A stretch of DNA of 64,000 nt, from the IMG/VR virus record IMGVR_UViG_3300025519_000001, positions 64,001-128,000 of that record; one strand, 5' to 3'. Each line of letters starts with the position of its first letter. Positions within the stretch are counted from its first letter, which is position 1. Position numbers and translations under genes: made by a program. The notes below the pieces were generated by a model. That model saw nothing but the letters and a program-made list of their open reading frames with translations, was not told the origin of the DNA and did not search any database. Shown here piece after piece: positions 24,368-34,662 of this stretch. The stretch comes from a virus.

Positions 24368-26086
24368 TTATAGAATATATACATAGCCACCAAGGATATT
24401 GTCACTGTCAATATAAATACGTCCACGAATTTCTTTAATATCTTTTACCCTTACTCTAATTTTACCGATCTTAACAGATTCCCCATGAGCAGGAACAACT
24501 ATTCTTGCCCTCAAATAACCAGAAAGTACTTGTATCCTAGCGGGCATATGTGAAGCATAAATTACGTTAATTCGACCTTTCAAATCTTTTCGATAAGGAA
24601 TGATAATCTTAGAACGTAATTGTTTATACTGTCTAACATTGATTCTACCGCTAATTTGCTTATAATAAGTTACTGTTATTCTACTCAAAAGATTCGGTTT
24701 ATTAATGATGACAGTTGAGGGTAATGATTTTTTATATCTAACACGAATATGCCCCTGCAAATCTTTAGAGCTATGTTGTTTTACTTTGATTTTAGCTTTT
24801 AAAATATGTTTATTAATTACAATTTTCCCCGATAAATCTCTTTTGTCTTGTTGGTATCTTCTTACTCGTATTGTGGCATTTAAATTTCTTGCATAAGGAA
24901 TTACTATACGTCCAATTTTATAAGCAGTATTTACTACTATCTTTCCGTTCAATTGTTCTTCTGGCAAATAGCCGCCTTTAACTCTAACCCTTAAAGTGCC
25001 AGCCAACTCTTTATAATCATGTCTTCGAACTCTAATCTTAGAAGGCATATTCGGTTTATTTACTGCAATAGTGCTCTCCATCCAGTAATTAAAGTTTCTT
25101 ACATGGATTCTGGAGCGCATATTTCTCGAATCATCATATTGTGGAATGTTAATTCTAGCTTTAACACTAGAATTTCCAACCGCCATAACGAACATTCGAG
25201 AATTTATTTCTGCTCTACCAAAGCTATAAATAATATTTAACTTATATTGAACTTCTAATACAGGCTTATTATTATAGCTTTCTCTTGTTGAAAATTGCTC
25301 CGTTTGAGAAAAGTTTTCGTTTATTGCCTTCAAAATGAATCCAAAATTTTCTTCTGTGCCATTATACCAAGAACGAACAATGTCTGTGACATCAATTCTT
25401 GAATATCCATATTCGCCTATATCAGAAATAGCGACTATACCCTTAACCGCCGGTTGGTTTGCCCAAGTGACTCCGTATTCATCCCATGTTGATGCAGAAG
25501 TATATACACCCATTTGACGGGTATTGTTGTTAATTCGGTTGTTGAATAATTTTAAATAAACCTTTTCTATTTTTGCATTTTCAGGTATTTGACTAACATC
25601 AAATTGTAACAATGATCTATATGCTTCATTTTTTGATCTATCATACCCAACGACCATTGATTGTTCTTTTCCATAATTTAATGTAGGAATACCACTTCTA
25701 ACAAAAGCATCTTTTATTGGATTCAACTCTAAGGTATAAATCGGTGGTTCAACAATTTCGACTTTACCAGTCATCTTATTTCTTGGTGTAATTATTATTT
25801 TACCGATTACGTTACTTCTTTCTGGTATAGTCAATTTTGCTTTTCTTTGATTTCCAACAAGCGGTGGATATGATGGTTTAATTATAACTTCTTCGTTAAA
25901 TATGTTAACTTTAGAGATTAAATTATTATATTTAGTTACTCTGATAGATGCAATTAAAGTATTACTACCATGTCCAATTACAGTTGTCTTTGTCTGCATC
26001 TGATTTCGTGCAGGTATTGATATTCGTCCATTTAAGCTACTTAAATCATCCAATAAATCACTTCCTATCTCATTGTATTGAGACAT
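24368..26086 (-). CDS. Tail-associated protein with a DNRLRE/CBM96-like domain and basic beta repeats
   Basis: DAFVRS..PTLNYG, RSLLQFDVSQIP, WDEYGVTWANQP; repeated GRIxV units. Confidence 0.75.
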   Translation of the reverse strand: MSQYNEIGSDLLDDLSSLNGRISIPARNQMQTKTTVIGHGSNTLIASIRVTKYNNLISKVNIFNEEVIIKPSYPPLVGNQRKAKLTIPERSNVIGKIIITPRNKMTGKVEIVEPPIYTLELNPIKDAFVRSGIPTLNYGKEQSMVVGYDRSKNEAYRSLLQFDVSQIPENAKIEKVYLKLFNNRINNNTRQMGVYTSASTWDEYGVTWANQPAVKGIVAISDIGEYGYSRIDVTDIVRSWYNGTEENFGFILKAINENFSQTEQFSTRESYNNKPVLEVQYKLNIIYSFGRAEINSRMFVMAVGNSSVKARINIPQYDDSRNMRSRIHVRNFNYWMESTIAVNKPNMPSKIRVRRHDYKELAGTLRVRVKGGYLPEEQLNGKIVVNTAYKIGRIVIPYARNLNATIRVRRYQQDKRDLSGKIVINKHILKAKIKVKQHSSKDLQGHIRVRYKKSLPSTVIINKPNLLSRITVTYYKQISGRINVRQYKQLRSKIIIPYRKDLKGRINVIYASHMPARIQVLSGYLRARIVVPAHGESVKIGKIRVRVKDIKEIRGRIYIDSDNILGGYVYIL

Positions 26087-26094
26087 TTGATTTT

Positions 26095-28821
26095 TTAAAC
26101 AGGAAATGCTTCTAAATTAATTGTATTTATAATATTTCCATAATCATTTGCTCCCGCTACAACTTTTACATAGAAATCTACATATTGACTATATTCTAAT
26201 TGTTCATCAAATAAAAGTTCTGTAGCTGCCTCAAATGGAGAATCGGTTTTACTTAATAATAAATAAGTGTTAGAAGCATTTGAATCCACAAATACTCTTA
26301 TATTGCCTAGTTTATTTGGATTTTTATTTACAATTCTTACTTTTTGAATATTTGACGTATCTCCACTATTAACGTTACCAAAACTCAAATAATTTAAAAC
26401 GTTCCCTCGATCATCAGAATAAGCTATGTTCGATGTAGGATCAACAAAAATTAAATTACTATAATCTCCGATAAAATTTATTGTTTGAGAACTACTTTCT
26501 CCAAATTCATCTTGAGCAATAATTAAAACTTGATTATTTTGACCAATGTTAATTTCATTGCTTTTAAATATTTTAAAGTATTCAACAGAACCAGTTTGCA
26601 ATTCTGTAAAATCCTGAACACCTTCAGGGAAAATCTTATTTCCATTTAAAACAATTTTATACTGGAATGCATCATCTTCGCTATCAGATATACTTGCAGT
26701 AAGTTTCATGCCCACCATTGACGAATTAATTAATGGAGGGTTGTTTATTTTATTTACTTGAAAATTATAATCAGAACTAATTCCATTCTCGTTTTCTATG
26801 GTAAGAGTAATAATATTTTGTCCAATAACTAATTTATTATTTAAAATTGTATATTCAACTGTTATAGGAGAAGGTTCCAAGTTAGTAAAACCTGAATCTG
26901 GATATTCTTGAATTCCGTTAACTATAATTTTATATCTAATATTTAAACCACTCGGTTCTGTAATAATCCCACTTAAAATAACATCTTCACGATTAACGCT
27001 TGAGTGGTCAAGTAAACCATCAAATATCGGAGATAGATATTCAATTATTAATACTGGACGAAAACCATACCCAGTTCCAACAGTGGAAGATACTACACTA
27101 TAAAATCCTGTAACAGAACTATTTCCTCTTATACTTCTATTTGCTGACGTTCCACTAACAGTAGAAGATGACCATGAAGCTATTCCACTCCAATTCCATA
27201 CATTATTATCTCCAGGGGTAATGATTCCGTTTAAATCAGAATTTACAATATACTGATTCCATTCGTTGTCCACATCGGAGCTATTAATACCACCAGTTAA
27301 CAAGCGTACAGTTACTTTGTCTGTAAACCTGAATGTGTAGACTCCCCAATCGAAAAATCCACCGTACACACCTATATCTGCAACAGTACCATCGGGGTCG
27401 CTACCATATCCTGCGTTCTGCCACGTTGCACCAATGATATTCCAATTGGAATCAAAGGTTACATTAAATAGACAACCTAGGTTTACGGATATATTTAAAC
27501 TACTGTACACCCCACCAAAGGCACAGTTTACGTACCTATAGTTAGTAGAACTTGGAGTGTTTTCAACCAAACCCGGAACAGATGCAAAGGAGCAGTTCTC
27601 AAACTTTACGTTAGGGTCATCAGGAGAGTTGTTAGTCCAATAAAACCACCTGTCTGTCGGGTACGTTCCATTAGGACTCTTGGCGAAAGCCACATTCCTG
27701 AACCACAACTTAAAGTTGGTGGCGGTAGAAAAGGAATTATACCAGATAACCCTACTATCTCCAGTAAAAGAATTTGAGGGTCTAATAACCATATTGAAGA
27801 AATTTGCACTACTTCCTGTAGGTTGACTGTAGGATATAGGGCAAGAACCTACTTCAAGTATAGTGCTTTCCCCTTCACCAACGAAGGTTATTCCTTTAGT
27901 GGTACATAATTCGTGTAGATACTTGTTTGCTGTGTTAATAGGGTAAACTCCTGCCAACAGCTTTATCGCCCAACCTGTACCTGCCAAAGATAAGGCTTTA
28001 GAAATAGTCCGAACGGGATAGCTCTCTGTACCTATGTTTGTGTCAAGACCATTGATTGCATCAACGTAAACAATCCCACTAAATAGACCTGCCCCTTCAA
28101 CACTGAGTAGTGGCAATCCGCTTCCAGATGCAACGCCGTTCCCATTCAACGTATCCCAACTAATCGAGTGTTGTACGTTTCTATCTGCAACAAGTACAGG
28201 TCTATCTAACCTATCCATGTCTACACAAATAGCGTAGAAGTCTCCGTCAGGGTTAGCTACGGAAAAAGAAGGAATGAAGTCAGATGTTTCATTACCTACC
28301 CCACTAAAAAAACCTACCTTGTTATTATATGTAAAGTAGTGCATCCTAATCCGCTTGCCTATAGTAAGGTATTTTAGATCTGTTACTTCATCTGGATGAA
28401 AGAGACGACCTGTATCATCTATGTCGATAGCATCTATACCAAAATAGGCTGTGCCAGAATTTCTTCTCATTGATACAGTATGTCGTCCCTGTGTTAATCC
28501 AGTAAGTTCAAACACAAGAGCCTGAGTCACATTTGAAGGACTATATTCACTAAAAGCATAGGAAATACCGTCAATAGTAATTACGCAGTCATTAGAGAAT
28601 GAACTCCAATAATAAGATATAATTCTTATTTTCGTGCCGATGAAATCAAATGAGATAGTATCTTCTGCAGCACTGGTATAACTATCTGTTGAGTTATACG
28701 CTGCTGGCGAAAATCCTGTTCTGTGCGTCCAAGTACCCACATACTTCAAGGATGGACTCGTATCATCATACCGCTTCCATCCCGATTCCGGTGCGATAAG
28801 TTGTTGTCCAATCGAGGCCAT
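26095..28821 (-). CDS. Multidomain tail fibre/receptor-binding protein
   Basis: 908 aa: N-terminal sugar-binding-like domain, ADR..ISWDTLN/GFRPV scaffold, beta-helix insert, Ig-like C-terminus. Confidence 0.7.
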   Translation of the reverse strand: MASIGQQLIAPESGWKRYDDTSPSLKYVGTWTHRTGFSPAAYNSTDSYTSAAEDTISFDFIGTKIRIISYYWSSFSNDCVITIDGISYAFSEYSPSNVTQALVFELTGLTQGRHTVSMRRNSGTAYFGIDAIDIDDTGRLFHPDEVTDLKYLTIGKRIRMHYFTYNNKVGFFSGVGNETSDFIPSFSVANPDGDFYAICVDMDRLDRPVLVADRNVQHSISWDTLNGNGVASGSGLPLLSVEGAGLFSGIVYVDAINGLDTNIGTESYPVRTISKALSLAGTGWAIKLLAGVYPINTANKYLHELCTTKGITFVGEGESTILEVGSCPISYSQPTGSSANFFNMVIRPSNSFTGDSRVIWYNSFSTATNFKLWFRNVAFAKSPNGTYPTDRWFYWTNNSPDDPNVKFENCSFASVPGLVENTPSSTNYRYVNCAFGGVYSSLNISVNLGCLFNVTFDSNWNIIGATWQNAGYGSDPDGTVADIGVYGGFFDWGVYTFRFTDKVTVRLLTGGINSSDVDNEWNQYIVNSDLNGIITPGDNNVWNWSGIASWSSSTVSGTSANRSIRGNSSVTGFYSVVSSTVGTGYGFRPVLIIEYLSPIFDGLLDHSSVNREDVILSGIITEPSGLNIRYKIIVNGIQEYPDSGFTNLEPSPITVEYTILNNKLVIGQNIITLTIENENGISSDYNFQVNKINNPPLINSSMVGMKLTASISDSEDDAFQYKIVLNGNKIFPEGVQDFTELQTGSVEYFKIFKSNEINIGQNNQVLIIAQDEFGESSSQTINFIGDYSNLIFVDPTSNIAYSDDRGNVLNYLSFGNVNSGDTSNIQKVRIVNKNPNKLGNIRVFVDSNASNTYLLLSKTDSPFEAATELLFDEQLEYSQYVDFYVKVVAGANDYGNIINTINLEAFPV

Positions 28822-28824
28822 TTA

Positions 28825-30183
28825 TCACGCCTCCTTATATTCAAAAACTGGACGAAATCCTTGTGAAACACCATTCCAAACCGTATTCCAATTTGATTGT
28901 GCCCAAGCTAGATCGGTGGTATTCGTTGTATTAGTTGGTCTTGCCATACCCCTGTGAATTCTTCCGGTATTTGACGATGGGTTTGGAGATCCGCCTAGCG
29001 GATGAGTCATTCCGTTTATTGGAGTATCTTGACACCACGTTACTACATTTTGATCATGGTGCCACACATTTGGATCATTGGGAATTGCTTTACCTCCAAG
29101 AGCACTTCTAACAATATATTTATCCCATTCGTTATTCGTAGGCCACCCTCCATATCCTTGATCTGTTGTTGAACTGTTTCCATTAGCATCTGCAAAAGCC
29201 ACTCCACCCGCAAGGGATCTGACTATGCCTATCGGGATATTATCTAAATCAACATCATAAGGAGCACTAGGCGGTTCAAAGTTGCTTTCCCACCTAGCAA
29301 TACCTTTTACAAAACAAAATTCATCAATATAACTATTGCTTTGCGCTTCAGGTGCATTTAATGCTATACCACCAATAAATAAAGTTTTATCAGAAACATT
29401 AATATCAACTGTATGCGTTATGCTGGCATCTAATTTTCCGTTTATATACAAAGATAATGTTGTTCCGCGTTTTACTACTGCTAAATGATACCAAGTATTA
29501 TCTTGAGCAATAGTTGTTCCAATTAATTGAGGTCCACCATAAGTTTGAACACTAAAAACAGATGGGTAAGAATTATGTCTATCTAATAAAGCCAGTACGC
29601 CCTGTTTCCAACCCGTTCCTACTTGCCAAACTCTCGGATATGGGTTTATTTTTGACTTGGAATAATACCAGCAATCAATAGTCCAATCAATACCATTTGG
29701 TAACGAATAATCATTAGAAACACCACAGTCTATCCAACTATTCGCACTACCATCGAAAGAAGCACTACCAATTCCAAATTTCTTATTATCCAAAGAGAAA
29801 TATACATTTGTTAAATGACTTATAGTATGCCCAAGCTCATCTTTGAATGTAGTATCATCCATGTGCATCAAAACTTTTTGAGGTTTTAATGCATTTCTCA
29901 TTCCTTCTACAAATTTTCCTGAATTCAAAGTATCCCATGAGATATTGTATTGGACTACTCTATCAGCAATCAACAATCCCCTATCAACTTTAACAAAATA
30001 GAAATAGCCATTTGGAGTTGCTGACCCGTTTACAGGAATTTCTGTTCCTGCTGTACCTCCAAGGTTACTAAATGTCCCCGCCGCCCCACTTGATGCTTGG
30101 TAATTACAAACAATATAATCTCCAATCTGCATATCTTCAATTCTTGTACGCAAAGACCCCGTTGTTGCAGGTACAGGACTCAT
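28825..30183 (-). CDS. Tail protein: C-type-lectin-like scaffold with a LamG insert
   Basis: WYHLAVVKRGTTLSLYING and YIDEF LamG motifs; GFRPVF C-terminus. Confidence 0.75.
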   Translation of the reverse strand: MSPVPATTGSLRTRIEDMQIGDYIVCNYQASSGAAGTFSNLGGTAGTEIPVNGSATPNGYFYFVKVDRGLLIADRVVQYNISWDTLNSGKFVEGMRNALKPQKVLMHMDDTTFKDELGHTISHLTNVYFSLDNKKFGIGSASFDGSANSWIDCGVSNDYSLPNGIDWTIDCWYYSKSKINPYPRVWQVGTGWKQGVLALLDRHNSYPSVFSVQTYGGPQLIGTTIAQDNTWYHLAVVKRGTTLSLYINGKLDASITHTVDINVSDKTLFIGGIALNAPEAQSNSYIDEFCFVKGIARWESNFEPPSAPYDVDLDNIPIGIVRSLAGGVAFADANGNSSTTDQGYGGWPTNNEWDKYIVRSALGGKAIPNDPNVWHHDQNVVTWCQDTPINGMTHPLGGSPNPSSNTGRIHRGMARPTNTTNTTDLAWAQSNWNTVWNGVSQGFRPVFEYKEA

Positions 30184-30197
30184 ATTAACTAGCCTCC

Positions 30198-30938
30198 TTA
30201 TTGTTTTTTTAGATATATCTCGACTTCTTTAATATATTTTCCAACAGTTTGTCTATTAAGTCCGTACATTTCTGCTATCTGAATTCGAGTTAATTTATCT
30301 TTCTTGTTTAACTCATACATTTTAAGTTTTTCATCGAAAGTGAAATACTTTCCAGGGAAGCGAGCTTTTATCATATTTTCCACATGCTCTTTACTTTGCT
30401 TTCTTCCAGTTAATGCTCTTCTCATATTCTCAATATGTTGCGGCGACAATCCACCATAATTTACATTATTTTTACCCTTGCGCAATTCACTTAATTTCTT
30501 TCTTGTCTCTTCACTATGTTTAAATCCTTTTAATTTTTTCCTGATTTTTTCACGATGTTCTAAAGTTATAACCTTACCTTTGTTTGACTCGCTAATTTTT
30601 CTTCTAACTTCTTCTGGCCATTCAAAATTATCATATCCACCGTGTCGATTATTGAAACCATGCTGCAATGAATCATAGTAGTCAATATAGTATTTTTCTT
30701 TTTCATCAAGTTCTTCTATTGAACAGTATTCTAACACTTCAAATTTAAAGTAATTTTCACCATGTTTATTATAAGAATTCTGAAGATGTTTATTTGGATG
30801 ACAATTGTATTTTAACCATCTTTTATGAGTTTCTAATCTCATGTTTACATTCTTACTTACACCGATATAACACTTTCCATTTGCTGTATTTGTTATCTTA
30901 TATACACCACTGACAATAAGAGTCGCCGGAACTGGCAT
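30198..30938 (-). mobile_element. Free-standing GIY-YIG homing endonuclease with NUMOD3-like repeats
   Basis: GVYKITN..YIGVS, HSEETRKKLSE repeats, C-terminal HTH. Confidence 0.9.
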
Positions 30939-30952
30939 TAAAACCACCTCAA

Positions 30953-32494
30953 TTAAACAGCATCAGCCTCTACTTTAATATCAAAAGTGCCACTACCAAC
31001 TGCCGTATCACTAGTGCTTAATCTTACATAAAATTCAATTGTTTCATCAAAATTTAATTGTTGATCATATATCAAATAACTTTCCGCAACAAATGGATTA
31101 TTAGATTTGCTCAATTCTATCGTTAATCCCTCAACATCTGTTTCTGTAGTTAGTCTAATATTTTTTACATTAAAAGGATATGTGTTTGTCAAAATAACCT
31201 TTACATCTAATGAGGTTTGACCAGAAATCATAGTATTAAAATCAAGATATTGAAGAATCTCTCCAAATGATGTTGAATAGTATTGTTGGGATGTATCCAT
31301 GAACATTAGACCTGAATATTTCTTATCAAGCTCGCTATAATTAATTGTTATTGATGATACAGTTGGTGTAATAGTAGTGATTTTAGAATTTGCAGATAAT
31401 GAGTTTACTTCTAAAACTTCATTTGAATTGTTTTGCTCTAAATAATAAGCAAAGCGAATGTTATTACTGTATAAACCAAGTTCTTCCCATTGAGATTGAG
31501 TTATTGCATTAAATTCTGCACTTGTCATCCCATTTTCTTTTATATCTAATAAATTAGTAACATCTACAAAAATCCAATTATTACTTTTAAAAGATTTCCA
31601 CGAGTTTCCATTATCATTACTAGTAATAATTTTAAAAATTGGCCCTGATTCTTCAATATCTTCTAATTGGATGTTTTGTAATTCTCCATTAAAACTAACA
31701 TCTTTAATCTGTTTAACAATCTGTGGCTTAGGTATGGCATTTATTGTAATTGCATTTAAATCATTACTAGCCTCATTCCAAATCAAAATTTCAAAATTAG
31801 AAAGTTCTAAGACTGTATTAGAAGCATATGATAATTCATATTCGCTCAATCCATAATTCACAAACAAATCTTTATTTAATGAATTGCTTGTGCTTATAAT
31901 TTCCCAAGAAGCATTAGAAGAATTATAAGTTAAAATATTATTTTCTTTTTCAACTAGTATAAGAGGATTGTTACCATATGGCAAAAAACCAACTGGAGGC
32001 GTATATGAAAAGCTTGTTTGTCCGAAATTAGCATAATATGTAATACTACCATTAGAGGTTCCACTCGTACAAACTGGATAAATTGTTCCTAATGTTTTAA
32101 TATCTGTATGTGAAATACCTTGACTAACACCATTTTTCCAAAACTCTAAAGTTCCATTATCCAAATCCACAAGAACACTTATTATGTCTCCATTTGTATA
32201 AGATGCTCCGTATGATTTTCCACCAGGAGATGTTGTTCCATTATAACCATAATATATCCTAACATTTGCATTTGAAGAAACTCCATTAGACATAGATACA
32301 GTTGAACTTGCTATTCCAATAAATTTGGCTGATGCACCACTTACATTTGTAACTTCCCAATACCATTTTCCATAACTTTTACCAACTGTTGTTCTGATTC
32401 CCTGACTTATCGCATTAATAGTGACTGTATAATTGTCACTACTTAATGTAACGTTACTTCCTTTATTATTTGGGTCCCATGTGACAATCGCCAT
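30953..32494 (-). CDS. SPRY-domain tail/structural protein
   Basis: GKWYWEV, GDIISVLVDLDNGTLEFWKNG, NFGQTSFSYTPP. Confidence 0.8.
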   Translation of the reverse strand: MAIVTWDPNNKGSNVTLSSDNYTVTINAISQGIRTTVGKSYGKWYWEVTNVSGASAKFIGIASSTVSMSNGVSSNANVRIYYGYNGTTSPGGKSYGASYTNGDIISVLVDLDNGTLEFWKNGVSQGISHTDIKTLGTIYPVCTSGTSNGSITYYANFGQTSFSYTPPVGFLPYGNNPLILVEKENNILTYNSSNASWEIISTSNSLNKDLFVNYGLSEYELSYASNTVLELSNFEILIWNEASNDLNAITINAIPKPQIVKQIKDVSFNGELQNIQLEDIEESGPIFKIITSNDNGNSWKSFKSNNWIFVDVTNLLDIKENGMTSAEFNAITQSQWEELGLYSNNIRFAYYLEQNNSNEVLEVNSLSANSKITTITPTVSSITINYSELDKKYSGLMFMDTSQQYYSTSFGEILQYLDFNTMISGQTSLDVKVILTNTYPFNVKNIRLTTETDVEGLTIELSKSNNPFVAESYLIYDQQLNFDETIEFYVRLSTSDTAVGSGTFDIKVEADAV

Positions 32495-33510
32495 TATATC
32501 ACCTTAAATTTTTCAATAGTCTTAAAATTAGATACATCTATACTCTTTCTAAACAAAGCGCCATCATATGTCCAAGATAAATCTTTTTCTAATTGCTCTT
32601 CATATGTTGTTTTTAATTTTAAACTACCATCAAAATCAACATATGGATTTTCTTCAAATTGAGTTTTCTCGGCTTCTGTAAAATCATTTACAATCATATT
32701 GTATATTTTATTATCACCAACCAACTCAACTTTTACTTTAATATATCTTCCCTGTGGAGATGTGATATTTCCATTATCATCAATCAATGACCATTCTGAA
32801 AAATTCACATAATCATTTGATGTAGATGTATAGATATTTATAGTGGTTCCCGTTGGAATTGTACTAACATTGGTGACTGAACCTATTTGTCTTACATATT
32901 GACTAAAATCGATAATGTTTGACTCAAAATATCCATTATTTTTATAGAAGGATGTTTTTTCAAACATTTCAATATAAGCTATATTAACATATATATCATT
33001 TTTATTTGTTATATAAATTCTATAATATAAAAAACTGTCATTGTTATTAAGTGTAAATGTTTTTTTGTTTACACTTGTGTCCCAAGAATGATTACTCTGC
33101 GTATCTAAAGTCGTCCAATTACTGTTATCATTTGATCCTTGAAATTCCCAGTCTCTTGGTGAATAATTAGGGTATGAAGGGTCTATGGTGATTGAATATC
33201 TTTTAATTATTTTAGGTAAAGTAAATTTGTACCCAATATAACTAGGATTAGTGTCTGTTTGCCAATAATTATTACTAGATTCAAAAGCGTAATAGCCCGG
33301 ATATCCATGCATAAAACTATTACGAATTACTTGCCCACTTGGTGTTCCATCAGAAGTCATTTCTGGAATTGATGTTTCGGATAAAATAATTTCTCCCACA
33401 AACGTTAATTGCAACTTTTCATCGACAACTTCAACATCAATTTTGTTGCCTCTATTCCAATCTAGGCTTTTATTACTATCAATAATAACCGCCATTAGCT
33501 TACCACCCAA
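32494..33510 (-). CDS. Discoidin (F5/8 type C) domain tail protein
   Basis: PRDWEFQGSNDNSNWTTLD, YYRIYIT. Confidence 0.8.
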   Translation of the reverse strand: MGGKLMAVIIDSNKSLDWNRGNKIDVEVVDEKLQLTFVGEIILSETSIPEMTSDGTPSGQVIRNSFMHGYPGYYAFESSNNYWQTDTNPSYIGYKFTLPKIIKRYSITIDPSYPNYSPRDWEFQGSNDNSNWTTLDTQSNHSWDTSVNKKTFTLNNNDSFLYYRIYITNKNDIYVNIAYIEMFEKTSFYKNNGYFESNIIDFSQYVRQIGSVTNVSTIPTGTTINIYTSTSNDYVNFSEWSLIDDNGNITSPQGRYIKVKVELVGDNKIYNMIVNDFTEAEKTQFEENPYVDFDGSLKLKTTYEEQLEKDLSWTYDGALFRKSIDVSNFKTIEKFKVI

Positions 33511-34109
33511 TTCATCTCATAAGCATGATTGGCTTGCATGGGTGCATCATATTCGAAAGTTTCAAGACTATTTTTCTTAACAATAAATACCCCTTTATCA
33601 AAATCTCTATCGGAAACAAGTCTAAAATTCAAATAAACGTTACCACCATAGGGAACACAACAAATGGCTTTAAAATTAAAATTAACATCATTTATTTTTA
33701 AATTTTGTTTATATCCAAAGTTATATTGCGAAATATTAGACCTAAGTGATCCATTTTCACCAGAAGGAGTGAAATCAGAAAAAGCATTTTTAAATTGAAT
33801 TATATCATTATATGAAATAAACGGTTGACCAGTCAAATAATATTCTGCGCTTGTTGTTTTATCTTTGTAGATAATTTCAATCATTCGGCCACAAATCTTA
33901 AAGTAACCACCATAAACCTCATAGTACATATTTAAACCCATTCCAACTAAACCAAAACGAATCAACGAAGAACGATCAATATCTTGAAAGTTATTTGGAG
34001 AACCATCTTCAAAAGAATATTCAGGGAAAAATGTGCCATTACTCATAGCCGCAACCCAGATAAAATCTTGATCTTGAACTGGGCTATTTAAATATAATTT
34101 ATCTCTCAT
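33495..34109 (-). CDS. Hypothetical tail-region protein
   Basis: 204 aa ORF in the operon. Confidence 0.7.
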   Translation of the reverse strand: MRDKLYLNSPVQDQDFIWVAAMSNGTFFPEYSFEDGSPNNFQDIDRSSLIRFGLVGMGLNMYYEVYGGYFKICGRMIEIIYKDKTTSAEYYLTGQPFISYNDIIQFKNAFSDFTPSGENGSLRSNISQYNFGYKQNLKINDVNFNFKAICCVPYGGNVYLNFRLVSDRDFDKGVFIVKKNSLETFEYDAPMQANHAYEMNWVVS

Positions 34110-34153
34110 ATATAATTAATCAACTCCCATTGTATTGTGAGCCAAAACAAAAA

Positions 34154-34176
34154 GGGCTAGATAAAAAATCTAGCCC
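34154..34176 (-). terminator. Intrinsic terminator
   Basis: gggctagat-aaaaa-atctagccc with a T-tract on the - strand. Confidence 0.7.
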
Positions 34177-34188
34177 CAAAAACGAAAC

Positions 34189-34662
34189 TTATTGATACGT
34201 ATAGAAAACACGTAACAAGAAATCAACAGTACCAGCAGTTGCCGTTACAGATGGCATTGCAAAAGCCGTAACTTGTGCAAAATTACTAGCTGAATTAGCT
34301 ACTGTACCATCATTTGCAGTACCTTTTATAACTCCAGCAGGTGCAGTACCGCCAGCTTTAATAGGTCTTGCAGTATCTCCACCAATCGGGGAAAAAGTTT
34401 GCTCATTCATTGTGTCACATTTTACTTGAACCCACTTTTCAGTAATGATGTCGCCATTATTACCGCCAGTAATGTCTTTTGTGGTGATCATACAACCTTC
34501 AGCGTCAGCAACATCCGTAGAGCCACCACGATTGTTCCAGATAAGGAATATTGCACTCTCAGAAGAAGTACCTGCGTCTACCGTTTTAAGATCCCATAAC
34601 GTCCATTGTTCTGTGTTTCCTTGTTTCCACCAACTAATTACAGGACTAGCCATAATTATCAT
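34189..34662 (-). CDS. Structural protein (beta-sandwich, G/T/A-rich)
   Basis: 157 aa ORF in the tail operon. Confidence 0.65.
   Translation of the reverse strand: MIIMASPVISWWKQGNTEQWTLWDLKTVDAGTSSESAIFLIWNNRGGSTDVADAEGCMITTKDITGGNNGDIITEKWVQVKCDTMNEQTFSPIGGDTARPIKAGGTAPAGVIKGTANDGTVANSASNFAQVTAFAMPSVTATAGTVDFLLRVFYTYQ

Noticed and set aside
26095-30183. Diversity-generating retroelement
   Set aside because: No reverse transcriptase and no template/variable repeat pair seen in this window
30184-30952. Group I intron hosting the GIY-YIG gene
   Set aside because: Flanking non-coding gaps are only about 14 nt, leaving no room for a ribozyme core
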